In this document: one piece after another, positions 11,881 through 24,365 of the stretch | Layout of the letters: each line of letters begins with the position of its first letter | Position numbering within the stretch: position 1 is the stretch's first letter | From: Octopus vulgaris | Lineage: Eukaryota | Assembly (NCBI GenBank): GCA_951406725.2 | Contig: OX597822.1 | Location: forward strand, 13,702,001-13,766,000 | Direction: 5' to 3' | Length of the DNA: 64,000 bases | Program-made: the position numbers and the translations under genes | Notes under the pieces: generated by a model | What the model saw: the letters and a program-made list of their open reading frames with translations, nothing else | Databases searched by the model: none | Told to the model about the DNA's origin: nothing

Positions 11881-12165
11881 GTAAGTAGTTCGCATATTAT
11901 CTTATTTTATATTTCATATTTAATCGTATTTGTATGCGTTTATTCGTTTATTACAAGTTGAATGAGCACTCTAGCAGCTTTACTCCGAGTTTCGGAGAAG
12001 TTAGTGACTGCTGGAGTTTAAAATATGTTCACATCAAGAGAAAATATATGAATAATCCATTTGGCATATATTAAACACATTTTCTTTTTCTCTTTTTATC
12101 TCGTTCGCACATCCAAACAAGCGTGCGTGTATATAATTTATGTTCTTGTAAACATACTAAAATTA

Positions 12166-12208
<43 letters not shown>

Positions 12209-13144
12209 CCTAAGGATTCAGTGTCAGAAATTTTATAGTTAAGAATTGAATCGAACTTGTGGGTATTAGCTACAATTTATTTTATCGATAACAAAGTCAA
12301 CGGTGGTGCGATTCGAACTGGCTTTGTTTTGTTTATCTACTATAATCGTACTCGCATGAGTGATGTTTCGTAGGAATATGAACTCTCTCCCCCACCCCCA
12401 CCACTAACTGGACCAATAATATTAAATTCCATCGAATCACTAGAAGATGGAAGACAAATTTGATCTGGTTTGGGTTTTGAACGTGGAATGCCATAGATCA
12501 AAGCTGCGAGGCATTTCGTCCGTTGTTCTATCGGTTCTGCCAACTTGCTGCTTCGCTCGACTCTCTTTCTTTAAATAATACTTTTTTTAATTTAAGAACA
12601 AGGCACCACATTTGAAGGTGGTGGGTTTAATAAACACAGTACTTCACTGATATTTATTTAATCAAGCCCCTTGGAAGAATAAGAGGGAAACTTTTCTCGG
12701 TAGAATTTGAACTCTTACTTTGCTAAATACTCTGCAGGAATTTTTGTTCAAGTCTGACGATTCTACCAGCTCACACCCCTGCGCGTTTTTCCATTTTGGT
12801 ATGAAATAAATCTTTCTAATACAGGCCCAGGAGGAGAATTTTGGGGAGAAACAAGTGTAGAGGATTCTATCGACACTGATATTTGAGAGGTTCTTTAGTG
12901 TATCGACTGCGAAGGAATTGAAAGTGAAGTTTATCTGGGCGGGATTTGAACGCAAAAGAGCCAGAAACTGCTCTTTATTTAATTTGTAAACTTTTCCACT
13001 TGGCCACAGTTTTTGATGGAAGACAGAAGGAGAGTAAACCGGGTGTAATTTGAACTCATAATGTGCTGAGAAGTAACAAGATAGCGATTCTTCGCATAAA
13101 TACAGAACTACGGATTTGATAGGGGTGGGTGGGGAGACGCGGAG

Positions 13145-13178
<34 letters not shown>

Positions 13179-13250
13179 AACATACTTACCCACCCCAACG
13201 CGTGCATATAAATACCAAAATACATGCACATACATACACGTATACACACT

Positions 13251-13388
<138 letters not shown>

Positions 13389-13555
13389 TGTGTATGTGTG
13401 TGTGTGTGTGTGTAATCGAAAGCAGAACTTTGCTGTTACTTCTTTTATACACGACGAAAGAATAAAACGTAAAGAGCATCTGCGAGATTAGAACTCGCAA
13501 CCTAATTGTTTCCTCACTAATTCCTACAAGGCAAAAATGCACAACAAAGTCGGTC

Positions 13556-13727
13556 GTTTAACCCCAGGTCACTCCAGTTTGAGTAAACCAATGATCAAAG
13601 CATGTAAAACTCATCATTTTTTCCTTACAAGTCCTTTTATGAATAATAAAAAGACGGTAAGATATGATTTGAAGGAGATTTGGCTGCGTTTTCTAGCCGC
13701 TCCACTGACCACATTGAGGCTCCCTCT
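13556..13727 (+). repeat. Old dispersed repeat family (TTTAACCCCAGGTCA...GATTTGGCTGC..TTTCTAGC)
   Basis: Similar degenerate copies at about 24422-24605, 25933-26170, 26385-26460, 28000-28080, 52020-52085, 54100-54295 and 62520-62565. Confidence 0.55.
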
Positions 13728-13770
13728 TTCGTTTACATCTCAGCTTTATAAAATATTGAGCTGCTGCTGC

Positions 13771-13807
<37 letters not shown>

Positions 13808-14311
13808 ACGCATTTGTGATTTAATGTTTGTATATATGCATACGTGCGATAATTGTGTATGTGTGTCTATGTTTATTTGATTTAATGTGTGTGTAAATGT
13901 GCATATGCGTGTATTTCAACGAGTTAATGTGTGTGTGTGTGTATGTTTGCGGGCGTGTGTGCATAAACATAACTTTATCTGCGACTATGTATGTGTGTGT
14001 ATGCCTCAATGTATGTGTGTGTATGTGTATGTATGCCTGTTAAGTCTCTAGATGCGCGTATGTATACGTGAGTGTGTGAGTATGCGACTAACTGTATGAG
14101 TGTGCGTGTGTGTAATAATTTCACAAGTTGTCCCTGTATATGCTTATGTGTACAAGTGTGTGTGTGTGTGTGTGTGTAGTTTCTTATATGTATATGTCTG
14201 TATTTGTGCAGGCGTGTGTGTGTGTATATACGTCACTATGAATGTATTCTTTCTCAATGTGTGTGTTTGTGTGTGTGTAAATGTACGTTTGCGTCTATCT
14301 CAACGAGTTAA

Positions 14312-14345
<34 letters not shown>

Positions 14346-14771
14346 TGTGTGAATAAACATAACTTTATGTGTGTGTATGTATGTGTGTGTGTGTGTTTGT
14401 GTGCGCGCGCACAACTAGCTTTCGCGACTTCGTCTAGCAGATGCTGCGACTATATGCGTGTGTGTATGCGGTGTGTTCGTGCGAATGTGTCCATGAGTAT
14501 CTATGTGTGCGTTTATGCGTGTGTGCTTGTGCGTGTCTGTGTGTGTGTGTGTGTGTGTGTGCGTGTGTGCGTGTGTGTGTGTGCGTGTGTGTGTGTGTGT
14601 GTATGCGGTGTGTTCGTGCGAATGTGTCCATGAGTATCTATGTGTGCGTTTATGCGTGTGTGCTTGTGCGCGCTTGCCTTCACAAGGACCGAATAGATAT
14701 CATTTAATCTTTCTCACATAATCATTGTCATTGCTCTCCACTTCAGAGCAACACTTCTTTTCTATTTTATA

Positions 14772-15313
14772 GGGGCAGGTATGGCTGTGTGAGAAGTAGC
14801 TTGTTTACCAACCACATGGTTCCGGGTTCAGTCCCACTGCCTGGCAACTTGAGCAGGTGTCTTCTACTATAGCCTCCGGCCGACCACATTCCTTCCAGTG
14901 AATTTGATAGACGGACACTGAAAGAACCTCGTCGTATACACACACGCACACACACATATATATATTATTTTTTTTTCTGTCATTTGACTGCGGCCATGCT
15001 GGAGCACCGCATTTAGTCGAACAAATTGAGTCCAGGACTTATTCTTTGTAAGCCTAGTACTTATTCTATCAGTTTCTTTTGCCGAACCGCTATGTTAAGG
15101 GGACGTAAACACACCAACATCGGTTGTCAAGCGATGGTGGTGGGGGACAAATACAGACACACAAACATATACATGCATATATATACGGGCATCCGTCTAC
15201 TAAATCCACTCAAGGCCCGAGGCTATAGTAGAAAACGCCCAAATGCCACACAGTGGGACTGAACCTGAAACCATGTGGTTGGCAAGCAAGCTACTTAGCA
15301 CTTAGTCATTCCT

Positions 15314-15357
<44 letters not shown>

Positions 15358-15555
15358 CTCATGTCTGTGCCTGTGTTTGTACCCCGCACCGGTATTGGTG
15401 TGTTTACATCCCAGTAAATTAGCGTTTCGCAAAAAGCAACGATAGAATAAGGACCAGGCTTTAAAAAAGTACTGGAATCGATTCATTTGACGGAGTTCTT
15501 CAAGGTGGGGCCCCAGCATGGCCGCAGTCTAATGACTGAAGTGAGTGAAAAGATG
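14772..15555 (+). mobile_element. tRNA-derived CORE-type SINE with an antisense copy nested inside
   Basis: Head 14772-14934 (A box TGGCTGTGTG, B box GGTTCAGTCCC) and tail 15360-15555 are on the + strand. A minus-strand copy occupies about 14978-15318. Confidence 0.8.
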
Positions 15556-15867
15556 TATATCAAGAAAAGTTTCCCTGCTTATATGTAGGTTTGCGTATTA
15601 TGGGCCCCCTCCTCTTTCTCTCTCTCTCTATCTATCTATCTATCTAACTCTCTCACTCTCTCTCTCTCTCTCTGTATCTGTCTGTCTGTCTCTTCCCCAC
15701 TCTCTCTTCTTCTCCTTTTCTTTGTGAGTGTATGAACTTGTGTGTGTGTAAGCGAGTGAATGTTTCACGCTGTTTACATGAATGCGTTTATGTATTTGTA
15801 AAATGTGTGTATGTATGTGCTTTCGTGTGTGAGCTTCAACGCTGTCTTTCTACACACACACACACAC

Positions 15868-15899
<32 letters not shown>

Positions 15900-16272
15900 G
15901 GCACTGTTCAATCTGTGAGCTTATCTGTGCGTGAGTGCTTCTCTTCCATTTCAGTGTGTAAACTGGGTGCGTGACTGTCTTTTAAATTGTTATTGTGTGT
16001 ATGTGTGTGTGTGTGGGGGGGGCGTGCTTTTGCCTGTGCGCGTCTTTCTCTGCGTGCGCGTAATGTTTATATCGCTTAAGTTTCATGTTTATTTTAATTC
16101 GGCGATGAGTTCCCAACACAAAACAACACACACACACACAACACGAATATATATATTTATATATATATATATATATACATCTCTTCAGAGAGAAGAGGTT
16201 GAGGGAGAGAGCCCGAACAAAATGTACATATCTGTCTATCTCTATCTATCTGTCTGTCTATCTATCTATTAT

Positions 16273-16362
<90 letters not shown>

Positions 16363-17467
16363 AATAAAATAAAACATATGCATATATACATACATATATG
16401 TACATACCTACGTCTATATGTATATATACATGCATATATGGGTACAGGACACCAAAAAAAAAACGTCGAACACAATGAGAAGCGAAAACATAAACACGAA
16501 ACCAAGGAAATGGACATTTTTCTGAAATAACCAAAAAAAATAGAGTACAGGACATAGAAAACAAGGAAAATACACACACATATATATGTAAGCTCCACAC
16601 ACAGAAAAAGGAATTCCAGTTGTAGTCGTTTCGGCCAGCGTGTTACATATCTGTGCATTAGTGTGTGTGTGTGTGTGTGTGTAATTTATCTGTCTTTGTA
16701 TGTGAACGTTTATAAATGCCCAGAGTGATTAATACATGAGACAGAGTGTGTGTGTGTGTAAGCAGGCGCGTCCGTATGTTGTGAAGAATTGAAGCTGAGA
16801 ATGGTGGTGTTGATGGCGGCGGCGACGGCAGCGGCGGTGATGCAGAGTTGTTGAGCAGCGAAGGGGGTTAGTGGCCTTGCTGAACAGAGCCCTACTTACT
16901 ACACGACACAGTGAGAGCCAATGAAAGCACACATAAATTTATGGCCTTCCTCACCCCCTCCTCTTCCTCTTTCTGCCCCCTTTTATCCATGTGATATCGC
17001 AAGATACACTACCGCTTCATAGTGAACTGGGAACTTACATACTTGATGCTTCTCTCTCCCGTCCCCTAGCCCCCGAGCCTCCCCCCCATGGAAGAGGCTC
17101 CTTTATATACGCCACCAACTTTGGTACACTTGTTCATGATTTCGTATACACACATACACGCACACACAGACATATAAACAAATACGCACACAAGAACTGG
17201 GGTATGTTTTGGTTCGTATGTTGCCCCAGCCTGGCCGCAAGTCACTGACTGAGCATGTAAAAAAATGAAAGATAAATAAAATATGTATTTCTATTATGAA
17301 TGCGTGTGTACATGTATATGTATGTGTGCGTGTGTGTATCTGTACAGACGTGTGTGTGTGTGTGTGTGTGTGTAGATAGACAGAGATAGATAGATAGATA
17401 GATAGACACACAGAGAGGCAGACAGACGGAGATAGATAGATAAATAGATAGATAGATAGATAGATAG

Positions 17468-17514
<47 letters not shown>

Positions 17515-17549
17515 CACACAGAGAGGCAGACAGACGGAGATAGATAGAT

Positions 17550-17607
<58 letters not shown>

Positions 17608-18801
17608 GGGTTTGTGTGTGAGAGCGAGACAGACGTGATCTATCTATCTATCTTTCTATCTATCTTTTTTCCGAAAAGATAAAAAAAAAACAGAAAATGT
17701 TGGATATCAAATTCCTCAACATGGTTTTCCTTTCTGTCTTCATTTCCTTCTTTCATTGTTTCTTCTTCATTTTTTTTTATTCAGGCTTTTCTTCTTCCTA
17801 AAGCTAATAAGGATGAGTTGCTCACGAAAACGGTTGGCCTGTACCTTTATTTCTAGCGAGTCAATTAATCTCATAGAGTGGAGGGCTGACCTCATTCAGT
17901 GCTGACCAGAACTACATAACCCAAAATTACAGGTGATCTTTCCTGAGGGGCTCTCTTTATGTAAATACAGTGTGAAATGAATTGAATGCATGCCAATGAC
18001 CCTTGGGTGTGTTAAAAGATCAGGGAGCAACAACGGGTAGCGCCATCCGTAGCTCTACGCATTGTTGGAAGTGATAGCTAATAAGAAACTCAAGTAATTA
18101 CTGCAGGAAGAATGAGAACAAAACCGAACCTTGGATAGCTTACATCTCAGAGTGAATGAGAGAGAGAGCTTCCTAAACGTTCTTCTTATCGGTGTCACCA
18201 ATCTCAATGACGACAGACTGAGCTGGGCAGGTTTCACAGGAAATGCTCGTGACCGATACGGTCTGCTGAAATACAACGATGAGTGACATAAATGCATAGG
18301 TCTTGGATATATTTGACTTTTCGAAAGCTGGATTGTTGAAGAAAGACAAAGAATCCAGGTATCAGAAAATGGTGTTTTTAGTAGGTGCCCCATCGACCTT
18401 ACGGCATTGGAACAGCGTTGTGATAGGATGGTAGTTGGCTGAACCAGAGGACTTGATTTTCTTGAGAATGGAACATACTGTAGAGTGTTTGTCAAGAGCA
18501 GGATATGTACATAGTCAGAGAGAGACAGAGATAGATAAATAGATAGAAAGAGAGAGAAAACAGACAGCGAGACAGAGAAAGAAAAAGATGTGGGCACTGA
18601 GGATTTTGGTGTATAGGGGCTAGCTAGCTCTGGGACGCGATATTTTTTAGAGTAATATGGGAAGCTGGAATCAACGTTGTCACAGCTGGTGTTTGTTGGT
18701 TTGAAGCGACCGGACGTGCTTCCGCACTCGGTATGTTTATGTACACAGTGGCGACCCGACTGGATCATAAACAGAGAGAAGTTAACTAGACTGATCTAGT
18801 G

Positions 18802-19546
18802 CAGTGGTTTTCAACCGCGGTTCATATGAGCCCCGGCGTCCATACGGCATTTTGGGGCCCACCTAAGCAAACTAGAAAGTTGGGTCCACAATACTATTTC
18901 AACAAGGGTCTGTGATAAAATTTTGCTATAGAGGTATTTTTTGCAAGTAAATAGCTTGGTCCCTTTCTCTAACATTTTATAAGTGAATGTGCGATGAGCA
19001 AAATAGTAATTTTGTAGCTGTGTGGTAAGTAACATGCTTCCTAACCACATGGTTCTGGGTTCAGTCCCACTGCGTGGGACCTTGGACAACTGTTTTCTAC
19101 TAACGCTCGTGCAGTGAAAAAGTCTTTAACGTTTCGAGCCTACGCTCTTCCACAAAAAGGAACACAGAAAGAAACAGGAGAGGAAATAAAGAATGTGTAA
19201 TGGCTAGCGATCTATCATGGCGAATATATAATGTGTGTGTCTGTGTTTGTGTTTGTTCCTCCACAATCGTTTGACAACCGATGCTGGTGTATTTACGTCC
19301 CCTTAACTTAGCGGTTCGGCAAAAGAGACCGATAGAATAAGTACTAGGCTTACAAAGAATAAGTCCTGAGGTCGATTTGTTCGACTAAAGGCGGTGCTCC
19401 AGCATGGCCGCAGTGAAATGACTGAAACAAATAAAAGAATAAAAGAAAATAACATTAGTTTTTAAAGACTGAATGGCTATGGAGGTCCCCAAGAATAAAT
19501 CAGTAACCGTAAGAATTCATAAGTTGAAAATGGTTGAGAACTACTG
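18802..19546. mobile_element. hAT-like MITE containing a nested SINE, which itself contains a hammerhead-bearing fragment
   Basis: TIRs CAGTGGTTTTCAACC / GGTTGAGAACTACTG. The SINE spans about 19015-19445 and is interrupted at about 19103-19226. Confidence 0.7.
19124..19159 (-). ncRNA. Degenerate minimal hammerhead motif (CUGU-core family)
   Basis: Minus strand: CTTT-TTGTGGA-A-GAGC GTAG GCTC-GAAA-CG-TT-AAAG. Same family as 46356 and 63812. Confidence 0.45.
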
Positions 19547-20769
19547 ACCCCAGTGTGTGCGAGCAACGGGCTGGATGCACAAGCGAGCAGCGAATATGAA
19601 GGCTTTCTTCACGAGAATGTCGGATATATAAAAGCATCTTTCGTCGCCTGGATAGCAGTTTTGGAAGTATTACAGTGCTGGTGAAAAACCGTTTGATTTC
19701 TATGGTTGAGTGAATTTTAGCAAGCGTTGGAAACCATTGTACTTTTTTTCCTTGCTTGAATTCGTGGACTTGACGGAGAGCGCTTTGATTGGGAAACATT
19801 TCTAAGATGATGGTTTCGGTCACCCAGCAAGTCTTTTCTGATTAACCAGAAGGACGGCACATATGCAGCCAGAGATAGCAAACAAGCTGGAGAAACTCCA
19901 ACCTTTTAGCTGACCGGAGAGTGTTGTAGAACATGGAAAGTAGGAATCTTAAATAGTATGTGGATGAGGTAGGTTAGTGGGTGATCAGATAGTCCTTGAA
20001 CGCCTTAAAAAGGGAGGATGCGGTTATGATCTTTCTCCGTTATAGTCTGATAGCGAAGAAATAAGTCAATGGTGTTTAGCATGTCCGTGTGAGGGTCTGG
20101 AGATGAAACCAACTTTAAATGTTATGCTTTACACCAGCAGCATCAGCATGGTTTGTTTGTGAGAGCCAACAAGTGTTGTGAGCAACGAGACGTTGATGAT
20201 GATGACTTCGGGCAGGAAGGAAATAAGATAGATGTCCTTGATGCTGGAAGAGATTATGATCTTGTTGCGGGTTAGAGGAGATAGAAGAACGGCAGATGGA
20301 TTTGAGAGAGTTGGAGGAGGAAGGTTTTCCGCCAAGCTAAGTGAAAGATTTCGTAGCTGAGAGACGTGGGTAGCGGGGAGAATGGAATCTAGGCATGCGC
20401 AGACAGCTTTTTCGCAGTGGTGCTTCAGTAACGAGTGTTATCTGGACAGAAGAAATGTATTATAGATAAGATTGGTGTGTGGTAGACAGTGCGTGGGTAT
20501 TATAAATTTGCTGGCAGTAATTTCGAAGTTTCGCCAGTGGTGGCTAATACAAACTGTGAATAAACTACCATTAGTGAAATTTCGAAATCACCTGAGATTC
20601 TACAAATGTATTGAATTATTCATTCTGTTAATGTCCCATGTTTTATGCATTTAAAAACATTTAACGCTGACTACACTCACGCACACTCATATGTATATCT
20701 TTTATTCCGTTTTTATATTTGGTTTGCAAGCTTCTTGACGTGAATCTGTGTGCCAAAACAAATCTTTTG

Positions 20770-20930
20770 TCTTGGAAGGGTCATTACGCCAATACTATTA
20801 ACACACACACTGGTTTAGTATCATTTCTTTACTGTTAGTCTGTTGGTTAATTACTTAACCAATTGACTAACAATGAAGTAATATTGAACCAGTGCGTGTT
20901 GTTATTATTGGCATAATGACCCTTCCAAGA
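20770..20930. repeat. ~160-bp foldback hairpin with 4-nt loop
   Basis: TCTTGGAAGGGTCATTA...GTTAGTC..TTGGTTAA-TTAC-TTAACCAA..GACTAAC...TAATGACCCTTCCAAGA; the arms are complementary along their whole length with scattered mismatches. Confidence 0.85.
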
Positions 20931-21645
20931 AACAGGATATCTTTTATCTTCTATCTTTTACTTGCTTAAGGCATTGGACAGCGACCATACTGGGCACTTC
21001 CTTGAAGGGATTCACTGCAACAAATCGAATTCATTCTTTTCATTTTAAAGTTTGGTACTTATTCTACTGGTTGGCATGCGGTGGCAAGGGGATAACGAAC
21101 ATAGACAAAGACAAACACACGCATACATACATACATACTTACATACATACATACATACAGACAGACATATAGACATGCATACATACATAAATCAGTCGAG
21201 CACTGAGTCAAAGTTGTGAGGGAGCCAAAAGCGTGTCTATAGCCATTCGTGTCTATATATACACATTAAAGCAATTAACAAAATCCTTTGTACTAACCAT
21301 GGGGTCACACTCACTTGCGAGTGACGGCTACGTTTTCATATGCACCCTCTCACACATATTTGTGTGTGTGTGAGAGAGAGGGAGAGAAAGAGATGTGAAT
21401 ACACAGACACACGCACACACTTATACACATATTCACATATTTATGCTCAACCCAAACCACATTCCTACATATATACACCCACACGCATAGCTTCCTCTTC
21501 CACATGTTATAGAGAGAGACAGCATACGAAGCATATCAGTGAGTAATGCTTTCTTTAATGCTGCTCTCTCACCCGTGACGGCAATATTATATTTGCCAAA
21601 ATATCTACGCAAGGATATATACTAACAACAACAATAATAATACTG

Positions 21646-21676
<31 letters not shown>

Positions 21677-21705
21677 TAATAATAATAATAATGATAATAA
21701 TGATG

Positions 21706-21747
<42 letters not shown>

Positions 21748-21872
21748 TAATAATAATAATAAAGAATAATATACATTATGATAACATATATATTATACAT
21801 ATATGTATAAATGTGTATGTATGTTTGTATATCTATATTTCTCTCATCCCCCTCTACATACATACACTCTCC

Positions 21873-21939
<67 letters not shown>

Positions 21940-21946
21940 TAGATAG

Positions 21947-22000
<54 letters not shown>

Positions 22001-22388
22001 TACTTGGAGGATAAGAAACGAACGACGCGAGGCGCTCAGTCATATAATAACAATTTAACAAATAAATTTTATTTCATTCATTTTGCAGGAAGGACTGCTT
22101 CGACCGGATCGTGTTCTGCTCTTACCTTCGAAACACGCATTGAGTCGAACCAGGGTCGGCTGATGAAGGGGAATATTCCTTGTATTGTTTGTCTTGTACT
22201 CTGTTTTTTCGTTGTTAAAAAAGTCCGTTTCCTTGTTTGTTTTTATGTTTTCGTTTCTCGTTGTGTTCTACGTTTATATGTGGTGTCCTGTACTCATATA
22301 TACATATATATATATGCATGCATATATACATACAGATGTAGGTATGTACATATATGTATGTATGCATATGTTTTATTTGTTAAATTGT

Positions 22389-22422
<34 letters not shown>

Positions 22423-22699
22423 CATACTTGGAAAAGGATGCGTGGCGTTCGATCATATAATGATATAAATAATATATAAACATATACATATATACATACC
22501 TACATACATATGTATATATACACATGCATATATGGGTACAGGACATCAAAAAAACGTTGAACACAATGAGAAACGAAAACATAAAAACAAAAACATAGAA
22601 ACGACCTTTTTTCGAACAAAACAAAAAACAGAAACGAGACAAAAAGAACATACCCCTTCTTAGGTTGTCCCTATTTCATTTACTCCACGTTCGAAGACA

Positions 22700-22740
<41 letters not shown>

Positions 22741-22742
<2 letters not shown>

Positions 22743-23130
22743 CGCAGGAGTGGCTGTGTGGTAAGCAGCTGGTTTACCAGCCACATGGTTGTTCCGGGTT
22801 CTGTCCCACTGCGTGGCACCTTGGACAAGTGTCTTCTACTATAGCCTCGGGCCGACCAAAGCCTTGTGAGTGGATTTGGTAGACGGAAACTGAAAAGATG
22901 CCCGTCGTATATATGTATATATATGCGTGTGTGTGTTTGTCCCCGTAGCATTGCTTGACAACCGATGCTGGTGTGTTTATGTCCCCGTTACTTAGCGGTT
23001 CGGCAAAAGAGACTGATAGAATAAGTACTGGGCTTACAAAAAGAATAAGTCCCGGGGCCGAGTTGCTCGACTAAAGGCGGTGCTCCAGCATGGCCGCAGT
23101 CAAATGACTGAAACAAGTAAAAGAGTAAAG
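22741..23130 (+). mobile_element. Full-length tRNA-derived CORE-type SINE (octopus OR-like)
   Basis: GGCGCAGGAGTGGCTGTGTGGTAAG head with Pol III A/B boxes, CORE-like CACCTTGGACAAG, internal (TA/TG)n, and tail ...GACTGAAACAAGTAAAAGA. Family naming is from recall and was not searched. Confidence 0.85.
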
Positions 23131-23137
23131 AGCAAAA

Positions 23138-23171
<34 letters not shown>

Positions 23172-24309
23172 GCACTCGTACATCTCTGTATCATTGCATG
23201 CAGTCACCGACATACACACATACATTAAGTATCTAACACTGTATGTTAAATGTTGTGTGTCACGTTTATTTTTACCTTCCTACAGGACCATTTACCCTAC
23301 CACATACGGACACACACGAGCGCACACGAACACACACACACGCATGCATATCCAAGCACACACATACACACATACAAATATATTTAGAAGTGTGAAAAGC
23401 AAAAATTTATCAGATGTTTCATTATTTAATTCTAATCTCTACAGCTGTTTCAACAGTAAAATACTCATTCATATCAATTAATATATAAAAAAGTACATAA
23501 TTAATTCCCCCCTCTCTCCCTCTCTCTCTCTCTCTCACTATCCCTCTGTCTCGATCTCTTTCTCTCTATGTGTGGTTATACATACACACACACACACACA
23601 CACAATCATATAAATATATACATATTTATGTACACATGTACACACATACACTCACGCACACACATACACACACACATGGCCATACATTTGTGTTAGTAAA
23701 TTCGGGAAGAGTAAAGCCATGACTAATAGAACACAGAAGTAAAAATTAAATTGTCGGTGCGGGTTCAATTCCCACAGGACCCTTGTTTTGCTTTATGTAT
23801 TTTCTTATACATATGAGTCTTTCCGAATTTCCATTATATCTATGTAAATATAAATACATATGTGTGTATATATATATGTGGATATATACATTTATATCTA
23901 AAATGTATACACACACAAAACACAGACACACATATATATATATATATACATGTGTGTATAACATATATATATATGACACACACACATATCTATATACATA
24001 TATGCATAAATATACACGCACATATATACGCAACTTCCGTTTTCGAATATATATCATGTTTGATGTTGGAATATATTGCGTATTGTTTTATGTCTGAATG
24101 TATATACGCGCGTGTGTGTGTATACCTTCTTGTACACACACACACATACACACATATGCACACATATATATTCACACACAAAAAATATCCAACAAATGTG
24201 CCTGGTTTTCGAATATAAATCTTGTTTAATATTGACTGTAAATATATGAGCGCTGATGTATATATGTGTGTGCCTCTGTGTGTGCGTGTGTGTGTGTGTA
24301 TGTGTGTGT

Positions 24310-24365
<56 letters not shown>

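Noticed and set aside
18055-18768. 237-aa minus-strand ORF as a host gene
   Set aside because: It runs through a (GA)n-like tract and has no recognisable domain; kept only as a possible TE relic.
22741-22820. tRNA-like heads with A and B boxes
   Set aside because: They are SINE heads repeated many times, with no intact cloverleaf, so they are not tRNA genes.
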